This document shows, in pieces, positions 9,769-18,539 of a stretch of 32,000 bases of DNA; position 1 is the stretch's first letter; each line of letters begins with the position of its first letter. The stretch is from Desulfotalea psychrophila LSv54 (GTDB lineage Bacteria > Desulfobacterota > Desulfobulbia > Desulfobulbales > Desulfocapsaceae), in NCBI RefSeq assembly GCF_000025945.1, contig NC_006138.1, positions 1,650,001-1,682,000 of the forward strand, in the 5' to 3' direction. The notes under the pieces are model-generated. The model had not been told where the DNA came from and searched no databases. It was given only the letters and a program-made list of their open reading frames with translations. A program made the translations under genes and the position numbers.

Positions 9769-11473
9769 TTTTTCCCAGTGCTGGTATGGTGATGGTAAAG
9801 GCTGTACCCCCGCCAATATGGGACTGGACGATGATGTCGCCACCCATTTTTTTAACAAGTCCATAGGTGATTGAGAGGCCAAGCCCTGTGCCTTTGCCTG
9901 TTTCTTTTGTGGTGAAAAATGGTTCAAATATGTGGGGGAGGTACTCCTTTGATATGCCCTCGCCTGTATCCTGAATAATAATTTGTACCTCTTCTGCAAG
10001 CAGATGGGTGGTGATGGTAATATTACCGTCGTCTGGAGTAGCATCAATGGCATTATTTATAATGTTTAGGAAGACCTGTTGGAGTTGTACATTGTTGCCA
10101 TAAACGTCGGGCAAACCTCCTTCAAGTCGGAGAACTAGATTGATTTTACTATACATTATAGAATTTTCTAAGAAAGAAAGTACGTCACGAATGATATCAT
10201 TGATTTGAACCTCCCTGAGCTCAACCTCTCCGCGTCTGGCAAAGCCAAGTAGGCGGTGGGTGATTGTTTTGCATCTCTCTATATTTTGGTCAATTGATTT
10301 CAGGCACTTGCTGATGGCTGCCCTATGTTCAAAGTCTGGGGAGAGGCTCAGTAGATCTTCTGCCAGGCCATTTTTTTGATTAACAATAGCAAGGGGATTG
10401 TTAATTTCATGGCCAACACCTGCGGCCAGCCGACCAATGGAGGCAAGTTTGTCGGTGTGCTCAGCCTCTTGGAGGAGAGCGATTTGGATGTCATCTGTTT
10501 TGCGAATGAGATCTTTTAGGGCGCAGGCAATGGCGTAAACAACCGCAGTGCTGGTCAGGAGGCAAGCACTGAGAATGAGGAAAAGCCTGGTGCAAAAAGA
10601 TGTCCACTGTTTATGGGCAAGGTATTTTTTTTCAATGAGCACCAGAGACCAGGGGCTGTTGATGATTTTGCCTATTGCATAGAGGCTGTGGGCATGTGTT
10701 GCCGAGTTGTTTTTATTGCTAGGGTGCAAGATGTCTGGATCATATTTTGAGAGAGGAGGACCAAAAATAGTTGATGCTGTTTGGATAATATTGTTGTCGT
10801 CAATTAGAAAGAGATCTTCCGAAGCCTTGGTTTTGATGGTTTGCACGATTTTTTCGAGGGAGGTGGCGTTTATGGTCGCCCGTAGTATCCACAGTTTTTG
10901 TCTGATAGGATCATAGCTGCTTACGGCTATGGCGAAGTGGGGCACCTTACGGTGTCCCAGGTAGACCTGGCTGATATAAAGACCTTTCTTCGTTACGATT
11001 TCAAGCCAATCTTCCCGGCTATAATCTTCTCCATAGAGACCATAGGGACCAGAGTAGGCCTGTTGTATTCCTGTGTCATCAATAACGCCAATATCTGCAA
11101 TAAAGTTATACTGTTGTTTAATTAGGGCGAGAAGGCTATCTATATTGCCGTCTTCTGTGAGATCCTGAAAGGTGTCATTTATAGAGATAAAATATACCAC
11201 TGATTTAACATTGTCTATCATGGCCGTAAGTGAGCCAACGGACCCATCAAGCCGCCATTTTATTTGCGCCTGTTCCTCGGTTTGTAACAGGCTGACGTAG
11301 TTTTGGTAGCTCAGTAGGGAGATGAGCAGGGCCGGCCCCCAGGCTATAAGAAGCATGGTGAAAAAGAGGAGTTGGCGGAGCCTGCGATAATCCCTGCCAC
11401 CTGCTTCCTCCCTTGCCTGGGAGCTGAGCAATTTCGGGGTTATTTTTTTTATAAATGTCATGAAAAAATTCAT
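9755..11473 (-). CDS. Sensor histidine kinase with a large periplasmic Cache-like domain
   Basis: Two TM segments flank a domain of about 270 aa that looks extracytoplasmic. These are followed by the H-box GVGHEINNPLA, the N-box NNAIDA, G1 DTGEGI, FTTK and G2 GTGLGLS. Confidence 0.9.
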   Translation of the reverse strand: MNFFMTFIKKITPKLLSSQAREEAGGRDYRRLRQLLFFTMLLIAWGPALLISLLSYQNYVSLLQTEEQAQIKWRLDGSVGSLTAMIDNVKSVVYFISINDTFQDLTEDGNIDSLLALIKQQYNFIADIGVIDDTGIQQAYSGPYGLYGEDYSREDWLEIVTKKGLYISQVYLGHRKVPHFAIAVSSYDPIRQKLWILRATINATSLEKIVQTIKTKASEDLFLIDDNNIIQTASTIFGPPLSKYDPDILHPSNKNNSATHAHSLYAIGKIINSPWSLVLIEKKYLAHKQWTSFCTRLFLILSACLLTSTAVVYAIACALKDLIRKTDDIQIALLQEAEHTDKLASIGRLAAGVGHEINNPLAIVNQKNGLAEDLLSLSPDFEHRAAISKCLKSIDQNIERCKTITHRLLGFARRGEVELREVQINDIIRDVLSFLENSIMYSKINLVLRLEGGLPDVYGNNVQLQQVFLNIINNAIDATPDDGNITITTHLLAEEVQIIIQDTGEGISKEYLPHIFEPFFTTKETGKGTGLGLSITYGLVKKMGGDIIVQSHIGGGTAFTITIPALGKNEEN

Positions 11474-11554
11474 AGGTTGAAGATCTCATTATGAAGATAT
11501 TATTTAGTTTCAGAATAAATGTCGTACCTTCAAAAACTGTTTTTTTATCTGAGA

Positions 11555-11588
11555 GCCACGGAACAGAAATTTTTTTCTGATCCGTGGC
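11555..11588 (-). other. Long stem-loop between the DASS transporter gene and the sensor kinase gene (possible internal attenuator or processing site)
   Basis: GCCACGGA-CAGAAA / TTTCTG-TCCGTGGC arms form about 14 bp with one T-T mismatch. No tight U-tract follows on the minus strand. Confidence 0.4.
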
Positions 11589-11649
11589 CTTTATTATGTT
11601 CCATCCCACTTAACAAAAAAGAGGATGTTACTTTTTATGAAGTCTTCCT

Positions 11650-13170
11650 TTAGATATATATCTTCATACCCATGAGTGGCCAGATAAATTGTACTGAAAT
11701 CCAGACAACAACCATCAAGACTATACTCGCCGGGATGCCATAGAGTACGAATTGTCCTGTGGTGAATTGCTTGGAATTATAAGCAATTGCGTTTGGAGCT
11801 GCTCCCACCAGAAGGAGAAAGGGCATTCCTGCTGTGACCAGTGACGAGAAGAGAATCACCTCTCCGGTAACGCCCAGGTATGGAGCAATAACCAGGGCTA
11901 CGGGCAGTGAGATGGCGATGGCTGCCACATTCATAATGAAGTTGGTCATTATCATGACGAAGAAGGCCATGCCAAGGATGAAGACAATGGCCGGCGCATC
12001 GGTGAAGAGCTGAAGCCAGTTAACGGCAAGCCACTTTGCCGCCCCCGTATCCCAGAGGCAAAAACCAATGGACATGGCACCTGCAAAGAGAAGTATGATG
12101 TTCCAGGGAATCTCTTCAAGGTCATCGATATCTAAAATGTTAAAGATAAAAAAGCAGATGGTGCCTACCAGCATTACCCCCGTTTTGTCAAAATTGGCGA
12201 AAATAGGGACAAAATTTTTCAGGGCAATGACCAGAATAATTAAGAAGACGATCATAAGGGCAATTATTTCGTTTCGGGTCCAGGCCCCGAGTTCTATATA
12301 CATTTTTTTGGATCTTTCCTGGAGGCCCGGGATACTGTCTTTTTCGGGTTTGCAGAATACCATGAAATAGCCCCAGAGCAGGAAGACCATCAGCCAGCCA
12401 ATGGGGAACATGTACATGGTTAATTCGAAAAATGAGATGTCAATATTGGTGATATCTTTGTAGAAACCAAGGGCTACAGCCCCACGTGCGGCCCCCAGCA
12501 GGGTGACAATACTGCCGGCCCCGGCAACGAAGGCCATACCGATAAAGAGTCCTCGACCAAAGCGGGTTTTGTCTCCCTCCTTGTCCACGTAGAGAGCATG
12601 GATGGTCATGAGGAGTGGAAACATTGTTGCTGCCACCGCCGTGTGGGCCATGAGATGGGTAAGGGCTGCCGTCATAACAAAGCAACCGAGATAGATCCTG
12701 CTCGTCTTCTCACCGATTATTGAGAGCATCTTGTAGGCGATTCTTTTGGTCAGGCCTGTCTTGGTAAAGACCATGCCGATGACAATGGAACCAAAGATAA
12801 AGAGCACCGATGGATCCATGAAATCTTTGAAAGCAATCTTGGCTGGTCGAATAAGAAAGAGTGCCTGAGCCGCGCCAATGGCAAGGCTGGTGACGCCAAT
12901 GGGGACAACTTCAAAAACCCACCAGATTGCGGCGAGGCCAAAGAGGGCAAGCGCTCCCTTTGCTTCGTGGCTGAGGGGAAACTCTGTGCCGGCGGGGTCG
13001 ATTGCCGGTGCCCAGTTTGGGGCATAGTAGATTGCCAGGAAAACACCAAGTCCAAGCAGGAGGAAAAAAATTCTTTTTATATCAATTTTCGTTGTTGAGG
13101 GTGTGTCTTTTCCGGAGCTTTCCTTTTGTAGGAGCTGATTATCACTTGCATCTATTTGTGATGCTGGCAT
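11650..13170 (-). CDS. DASS/SLC13-family anion:sodium symporter (divalent anion permease)
   Basis: A 506-aa polytopic membrane protein with internal two-fold architecture. Its C-terminal hairpin motif GAAPNAIAY resembles the DASS (S/A)xPN signature. A GGAGG RBS lies 5 nt before the ATG at 13170. Confidence 0.8.
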   Translation of the reverse strand: MPASQIDASDNQLLQKESSGKDTPSTTKIDIKRIFFLLLGLGVFLAIYYAPNWAPAIDPAGTEFPLSHEAKGALALFGLAAIWWVFEVVPIGVTSLAIGAAQALFLIRPAKIAFKDFMDPSVLFIFGSIVIGMVFTKTGLTKRIAYKMLSIIGEKTSRIYLGCFVMTAALTHLMAHTAVAATMFPLLMTIHALYVDKEGDKTRFGRGLFIGMAFVAGAGSIVTLLGAARGAVALGFYKDITNIDISFFELTMYMFPIGWLMVFLLWGYFMVFCKPEKDSIPGLQERSKKMYIELGAWTRNEIIALMIVFLIILVIALKNFVPIFANFDKTGVMLVGTICFFIFNILDIDDLEEIPWNIILLFAGAMSIGFCLWDTGAAKWLAVNWLQLFTDAPAIVFILGMAFFVMIMTNFIMNVAAIAISLPVALVIAPYLGVTGEVILFSSLVTAGMPFLLLVGAAPNAIAYNSKQFTTGQFVLYGIPASIVLMVVVWISVQFIWPLMGMKIYI

Positions 13171-13278
13171 GGTTGCCTCCAGGGATATAAGTCAGGCACT
13201 AAAGCTTGTCAGGCGCAGAGGGCACACCTCAGCTGTCTGTTTTAGTTGCACCTTTAATTTTTTGTAAGGTCGGGGTTG

Positions 13279-13719
13279 TTACCAGGCCCTGTTCTTTAAG
13301 ATCTCTTTGATCGCTTCTGTGGCTTTTTCTTGTGAGATAAGGATTCTTTTATCTTTTGCCTCACTGATTTTTTCTAGAAGTTTTGGGAGATCCAGAGGTT
13401 TTTCTAAGAAATCTTCAGCACCGAGCTTTATTGCCTCTGTACTTGCCTGTATGGTGCCATGGCCACTGAGCATGATTATTTCAGTGTCCGGTGCCGTTTC
13501 CTTGAGCTTTTTCAAGGTCTCCAGGCCATCCATGCCGGGCATGGTGAGGTCGAGGACAACGACATCAAATTTTTCCTTTTCGATAAGTTTTAAGGCATCC
13601 TGGCCGCAGGTGGATGTGCTGACGGTGAGGCCTCGTATTTGTAGACGATTTGAAAGAGTCTCAATAAAATCCTTTTCATCATCAACCAAAAGTACCCGTG
13701 CTTTTATTGTCTCTGCCAT
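13279..13719 (-). CDS. Single-domain response regulator (receiver only, 146 aa)
   Basis: VLLVDDE, VVVLDLTMPGMDGLE, MLSGHG and LEKP are present. There is a GGAG RBS and no output domain. Confidence 0.9.
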   Translation of the reverse strand: MAETIKARVLLVDDEKDFIETLSNRLQIRGLTVSTSTCGQDALKLIEKEKFDVVVLDLTMPGMDGLETLKKLKETAPDTEIIMLSGHGTIQASTEAIKLGAEDFLEKPLDLPKLLEKISEAKDKRILISQEKATEAIKEILKNRAW

Positions 13720-13730
13720 GGTCTGCTCCT

Positions 13731-14942
13731 CTATGCTGATTTTTGCTGATGGCTTTTATTGGCAGCATTGATGGCTGCAGAAAGTTCCTCTATATCGACG
13801 GGCTTATTCATATAGGCAAATGCCCCAAGGCTCATACACTCCTTCTCATCTTCCAGATCACCATGTCCGGTGAGGATAATGATCTCGATTTCGGGGTATT
13901 GCTTTTTTGTTCTGTGGAGAACCTCTACACCATGCATGCCTGGCATTTTGAGGTCAAGAACCATGACATCGGGCCGGTCCTCTTTGAGAAGTTCCAAGGC
14001 GTCTTCGCCGTTATAGACACCGTAGGTGCCGACATCGCGACTAATAAGACGCTGTGAAACTGTTTGGACAAACTCCTGTTCATCGTCAACAAAGAGTACC
14101 TTGGATGGTAACTCAAATTTTTGTTGGCGGTATATAGAATCCGAATAATCAATCGCCTTGCTTGCCTTTATATCCTTTACTCCGGCAATATCTGAGATGA
14201 GCGATGTGAGATCAGCTGTGAGCTTGTCAAAGTTGAAAACAGTTTTATGAACCTTTAAGTCAACACTCCCTCCCTGGCAGGTAACGGTGAGGGCATGGCC
14301 ATTCTCTAACAATTTTTGCTCAACTTCCGCAGCAGAGAGCATGTCCTTGATTGCCTGGAGGGAATCGGCTGATCGGAGCACTGAAGTTTTTCTATAAAAG
14401 CTGGTTATTTGATTGACAATCTCTTTGAGGTTTTGCCCATTATGTGGAATAATTATATCGTAGAGGGAGGAGTCAAAAGCCTCTTTCTTATAGAGAAAGT
14501 CTGACCAGCTATAGGCTTTACTGTCCTCTTGTCTAATTCTTTTCAGGGCTTCTTTTACAGAAAACCCCTCAGCCTGTGCCTGTTGAACTCTTTCCTCTCT
14601 GTTGCCTGTGACAAGTACGGTGAGGACCTCTGTTATTTTTAGTGGAATAAGCAGGCTGTGGTAGCCAAAAAAGAGATATTTATCGCCGGTACTTAATTTC
14701 TTGACCAAGATCTGGCGGAACATGTTTATGGCTTTCTCTTTTTTCAAGGTGAATTGATTAAAGACTGATGTCTTGTCTGTGAGCAATGTTCTTAGTGGAT
14801 CTTCCTGGCAATGAAAATGGCTGGCAGTTTCTTTAATAAGATCTTCGTCGCCGTATTTCGTTAGCTGGAGCTGTCCGGACAACTCATTAATAATTTCTGT
14901 GCCTTGGCTGAATTCGTATGGGAAAAAAGCAATTGATGACAT
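13731..14942 (-). CDS. Cytidylate-kinase-like (degenerate P-loop) domain protein with a C-terminal receiver domain
   Basis: About 190 aa at the N-terminus resemble the cytidylate-kinase-like family pattern (REERV...EGxSxKEALKRIRQxD...YDIIIP), but the Walker A position reads FSQGT. A middle segment of about 90 aa is unassigned. The C-terminal REC has VLFVDDE, VMVLDLKMPGMHG, ILTGHG and MNKP. The ATG at 14942 follows AGAGGAG; the track's TTG start at 14972 is less likely. Confidence 0.75.
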   Translation of the reverse strand: MSSIAFFPYEFSQGTEIINELSGQLQLTKYGDEDLIKETASHFHCQEDPLRTLLTDKTSVFNQFTLKKEKAINMFRQILVKKLSTGDKYLFFGYHSLLIPLKITEVLTVLVTGNREERVQQAQAEGFSVKEALKRIRQEDSKAYSWSDFLYKKEAFDSSLYDIIIPHNGQNLKEIVNQITSFYRKTSVLRSADSLQAIKDMLSAAEVEQKLLENGHALTVTCQGGSVDLKVHKTVFNFDKLTADLTSLISDIAGVKDIKASKAIDYSDSIYRQQKFELPSKVLFVDDEQEFVQTVSQRLISRDVGTYGVYNGEDALELLKEDRPDVMVLDLKMPGMHGVEVLHRTKKQYPEIEIIILTGHGDLEDEKECMSLGAFAYMNKPVDIEELSAAINAANKSHQQKSA

Positions 14943-15765
14943 AAATTTCTCCTCTATTTTAAATTGGTTCAAATACCGTAATAATTTTTTTTGTAGTCAG
15001 TTAGGGTGATTTGAAAATTTCGCTAGATCTCAGGTAATCACTGATTTTGAGGTATTTATAAAATTATTTTGAATAACCAAGAAATTTTAAGAAAAGGCTA
15101 TTTTTCAAGGTTCCCTTTAGCAATCAGCTATCTATGCATTTGCCGGTTTGTCATAGGTCTTTGCGTATCAATAAAAAATAGTTGCAGATAATCGTCTCTT
15201 TTATAAAGGAGGCAAAATACTTTTTAAGTTGCTACTTAAATAGTATATGAGCAAATTAAAGGTTAATTCAAATAAAAAAAGTGTTTTTCCAGCGGACCAT
15301 TAGTAACGTTTATTGTGACAATACGCTTATTTACGGTATGGTCGTTCTTTGGAGGTCACCTAGACGGTCTCTGGCAGGGCCTAGGCGTGCAGGGGGTACA
15401 AGGTGAATAACGGGTTATGGATTGTCGTTTCGGTTGCGATTTGAGGAAACCAGAGGTGTTTGAGGCGAGGTTGTAAAGTTATTTTTGTGTGAGAAACTTC
15501 TCTTATGTTCTCATTTGGTAAGCTAAATTGAGAGTTCTATTTGTTAAACATAGGTCAGTAGCAGGTTGCATTTTATATTTGATGATATAGGAAATGCTTC
15601 TGAGAGATGGCTGTAACGGTATATTGTAAAATAGTTTAGGAATGATGGTTGTAAGGGGGAAAATTGTGTCAAGGGGACCTTTTTGTGGGAAGGAGAAAAA
15701 AATATATATAGTGACTCCCAATTCGGTTTGAAAAATTGTAATTTCCTTATCTGGTTGGTAGAAGG

Positions 15766-16300
15766 ATGTATGGGGCAGTTTCTAAGAAAACACTTGTTTT
15801 TACTAGCTTTGTGTCTAATGAGGAGGGATTTTTCAAATATTTATGGGCTGTTATTTTTCTTGTCGTTTTGATCTGGTCAGCCATCGAGCCTAAGGACTAT
15901 ATCAGTTGGTTTCTTGAGGTGGCACCGGCCATCATTGGCGCTCTGCTTCTCTTCTGCACCTATAGGAGCTTCAGGCTCACGGGGCTGGGCTATTTTTTTC
16001 AGGGTTTTGTCCCTGCTCTGCTTGCCCGGGAAATTATTATTTGCAGGCAGGTCTTCACCTCTTGTGCCTGGCAGAATTTCTTTATTATTTGTTTCTGCCT
16101 TGCCTTTAGTGCATTTTATGAATTAATAGAGTGGACTGTGGCAATAATTTCAGGTGAATTTGCCGATGCCTTTCTTGGTGGCCAGGGGGCGATGGGATAC
16201 TCAGTTTGATATGGCCTATGCCCTTCTGGGTGCTATTTTGGCTCTGCTCTGCCTCTCCAGATATCATGATAAACAGCTACAAAAGATAAAAGGATCTTAG
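15766..16300 (+). pseudogene. Decayed DUF2238 (YjdF-like) inner-membrane protein gene with a frameshift and probable internal deletion
   Basis: Frame 1 gives ...FYELIEWTVAII...DAFLGGQG and then stops at 16209. Frame 2 continues from about 16190 as RWDTQFDMAYALLGAILALL...RYHDKQL to TAG at 16298-16300. The switch sits at a G5 run (16185-16189). The segment between FRLT and LLAREI appears about 40 aa shorter than I recall for this family. Confidence 0.55.
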
Positions 16301-16303
16301 ATA

Positions 16304-16801
16304 ATGGTAATATTTCGTAGAATAGAAGATGCTGATTGGCCCTATATTGAAAAAATTGAGGAGGAGGTCTATGTCCCCTCTCTAGGTGAGGAGCTTGTTG
16401 TTTTGCAGAGTAAGTACCTTGCCTCCCCGGCCACCTGCCTGGTGGCGGTGGAAGAGAGTGAAGAACTGGCCGGTTACTGTCTTGCCTATCCTCTGGATGC
16501 TTGTACTGTTCCTGCCCTCAATAGCCAAACCAAATTAGGCGGCTCTGTGGAGAGGGGGAATATTTTTATTCATGATCTTGCCATTTCAGCTAAGTATCAG
16601 GGCAGGGGCCTGGGTGCTGAACTCTTTGCTAAGCTCTGTCGATTAATACGGGAGCAGGGCTTTTCTTCTATAACCCTTGTTGCCGTTCAGGAGGGTCCCA
16701 AATTTTGGCATAAACTTGGCTTTACCCCTCATTCAGAATTGGTTGCCGATATTAAGGAGTACGGGGTTGGGGCCCAGTTCATGGTAAGGAATATCGTATA
16801 G
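16304..16801 (+). CDS. GNAT-family N-acetyltransferase
   Basis: A 165-aa protein with acetyl-CoA-binding motif A (AISAKYQGRGLGAELF) in the typical position. Confidence 0.85.
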   Translation: MVIFRRIEDADWPYIEKIEEEVYVPSLGEELVVLQSKYLASPATCLVAVEESEELAGYCLAYPLDACTVPALNSQTKLGGSVERGNIFIHDLAISAKYQGRGLGAELFAKLCRLIREQGFSSITLVAVQEGPKFWHKLGFTPHSELVADIKEYGVGAQFMVRNIV

Positions 16802-16842
16802 CGGGCTGTAGAGGCTGACTGCGGGGATAGTGGCACAAAAAG

Positions 16843-16873
16843 CCCGACAGTCTTTAAAGAGACTGTCGGGTTT
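16843..16873. terminator. Bidirectional terminator between the convergent GNAT and purine permease genes
   Basis: CCCGACAGTCT / AGACTGTCGGG is a perfect 11-bp stem with a 6-nt loop. AAAAAG precedes and TTTAAT follows. Confidence 0.75.
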
Positions 16874-16915
16874 AATGAGAAGAGGGTGGCTGGTGGGGAG
16901 AGCCTTCTGCTGGGA

Positions 16916-18265
16916 TTAAATTGCCCAACCACCGACATAAAATCCTATCAGGCAGAGGGCAATGATAACTACCCCTGGCTTGAGCTTTTTCCACTCTCCA
17001 CTAAAGAGCCGACCAAAGACCAGGGTGGTAAAGCCCAGGGTGATACCTGTGACGATGTTGCAGCTCAGGACAATGAAGATTGCGCAGGTGAGGCCGGAGA
17101 GGGCGTCCACCCTGTCATCCATTTTTAGCTTGGTGGCGTTGCTGAGCATTAACAGACCAACATACATAAGGGCAGGGGCTGTGGCGTACGATGGGACAAG
17201 GTGGCTCAGTGGTGAGAAGAAGAGCATAAAGAGAAAAAGCAGACCCACCACAATTGCGGTGATACCTGTCTTGCCACCAGCGGCGGTGCCGGCAGCCGAT
17301 TCAATGGTCACGGCAGCAGGTGTTCCACCAACAAATCCTGCAAAAATACTGCTGATAGAGTCGACGGTGAGGGCCTTGTCGCCGTCGATGATTTTTCCAC
17401 TGGCATCGAGCAGGTTTGCCTGACCGGCAAGGGCCCGGATGGAGCCCGTTGCATCAAAGATAGCGGTTATTACCAGGGCAAAAACCACGGGTAGCAGGGC
17501 GGGATTGAGGGCTCCCATTAGATCGAATTGACCAATGAGGCTGTCTTTTGCCCCAAAATCAGGCATGGCAGCAATTCCTTGAAAGCTTACCTGAGGATCA
17601 AAGATGAGGCCAAAGGTGGAGAGGAGAATAATAACCAAGAGGATGGCCCCTGGTACCCTTTTACTTTCAAGGCCGATGGTTGCAGCCAGACCAATGATGG
17701 TGGCAATTACCGGGAGGCTGGTGACGTCCCCTAATTTTACTGGTAGGCCGGCACTATTTGCCACAATAAGTTGGACATTATTGGTGGCAATGAGGAGGAG
17801 GAAGAGACCAATACCAATTCCTGTTCCGTGGGCAATACCAAGGGGGAGGTTGTTCAGTATCCACTGCCGAGCTCCTGTGATGGTAACGGCGGTAAAGATA
17901 AGACCCATAAGCAGGATTGCCCCGAGAGCCACGGGAATTGGAATTCCCTGCCCGAGGACAAGGCTATAGGCGGTAAAGGCGGTAAGCGATATTGCACAGC
18001 CGACGGCCATGGGCAGGTTGGCCCATACTCCCATTAGTATTGAGCCAAAGGCTGCAACCAGACATGTCGCAATAAAAATAGCACCGCCGTTAAAGCCTGC
18101 CTGGCCCAGCATATTAGGAATGACCACAACCATATATACCATGGAGAGGAAGGTAGTAAGTCCTGCAACTATCTCTCGGCGTAGGTTACTACCCCGTTCA
18201 GAAATTTTAAAATAACTATCAATGAGGGATAGCCTGGATTTCGGTGACTTGTTTGGAGATATCAT
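16916..18265 (-). CDS. NCS2/AzgA-family purine (adenine/guanine/hypoxanthine) permease
   Basis: The N-terminal [31 protein letters not shown] is diagnostic of AzgA-like permeases. The protein is about 449 aa with many TM segments. I chose the ATG at 18265; the track start at 18328 is a TTG extension. Confidence 0.9.
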   Translation of the reverse strand: MISPNKSPKSRLSLIDSYFKISERGSNLRREIVAGLTTFLSMVYMVVVIPNMLGQAGFNGGAIFIATCLVAAFGSILMGVWANLPMAVGCAISLTAFTAYSLVLGQGIPIPVALGAILLMGLIFTAVTITGARQWILNNLPLGIAHGTGIGIGLFLLLIATNNVQLIVANSAGLPVKLGDVTSLPVIATIIGLAATIGLESKRVPGAILLVIILLSTFGLIFDPQVSFQGIAAMPDFGAKDSLIGQFDLMGALNPALLPVVFALVITAIFDATGSIRALAGQANLLDASGKIIDGDKALTVDSISSIFAGFVGGTPAAVTIESAAGTAAGGKTGITAIVVGLLFLFMLFFSPLSHLVPSYATAPALMYVGLLMLSNATKLKMDDRVDALSGLTCAIFIVLSCNIVTGITLGFTTLVFGRLFSGEWKKLKPGVVIIALCLIGFYVGGWAI

Positions 18266-18504
18266 GTTATTACGTTTTTGAACTCTTATTTTGGAGATGG
18301 ATCTTCTCAGGTGGGCGAAAAATGCCAATATACAGTCTGCTCTGGTCTGTATTGACTAAAAAACAGAAAAACCCGCAATCCCGATGGGGGGTTGTGGGCT
18401 TTTATACTGAGTATAGAGAACAAACAGGGGAAAAAAAATCAACCCATTTATGGTCTCTCTGGCTGGATTGAAGGCTTTTGTCTTTCTGCAAAACAAAAAA
18501 AAAT

Positions 18505-18533
18505 TTGTAAAACGTTTTTGGCCCGCCTATACT
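18505..18533 (+). promoter_or_regulatory. Near-consensus sigma70 promoter candidate driving the short transcript below
   Basis: TTGTAA (18505-18510), an exact 17-nt spacer, then TATACT (18528-18533). Confidence 0.5.
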
Positions 18534-18539
18534 TGTCTT

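Noticed and set aside
9769-10053. N-terminal extensions proposed by the ORF track (9367-10053; also 306-1181, 6411-6542, 19684-19953, 3224-3271, 24564-24599, 28277-28312)
   Set aside because: The extensions run through the 3' end of the preceding gene or through intergenic DNA. Internal ATGs give canonical family N-termini, several of them with good RBS spacing.
15372-15387. Sigma54-like TGGCAG-N4-TAGGCG with correct GG/GC spacing in the long intergenic region
   Set aside because: It matches only the GG and GC dinucleotides plus TGGCA. It lies about 400 nt from the nearest plus-strand gene, which is a pseudogene. That is too weak to call a promoter.
15503-15871. ORFs 15503-15721 (minus strand) and 15683-15871 (plus strand) in the long intergenic region
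   Set aside because: They are AT-rich, have no RBS and give implausible products. The second overlaps the better-supported DUF2238 frame.
18266-18500. Purine (adenine/guanine) riboswitch upstream of the NCS2 permease gene
   Set aside because: I read the minus-strand leader looking for the conserved aptamer core (UAUA...GAUAUGG...UUUCUACC...CCGUAAA...GACUAUA) and found nothing resembling it. Only a terminator-like hairpin is present.
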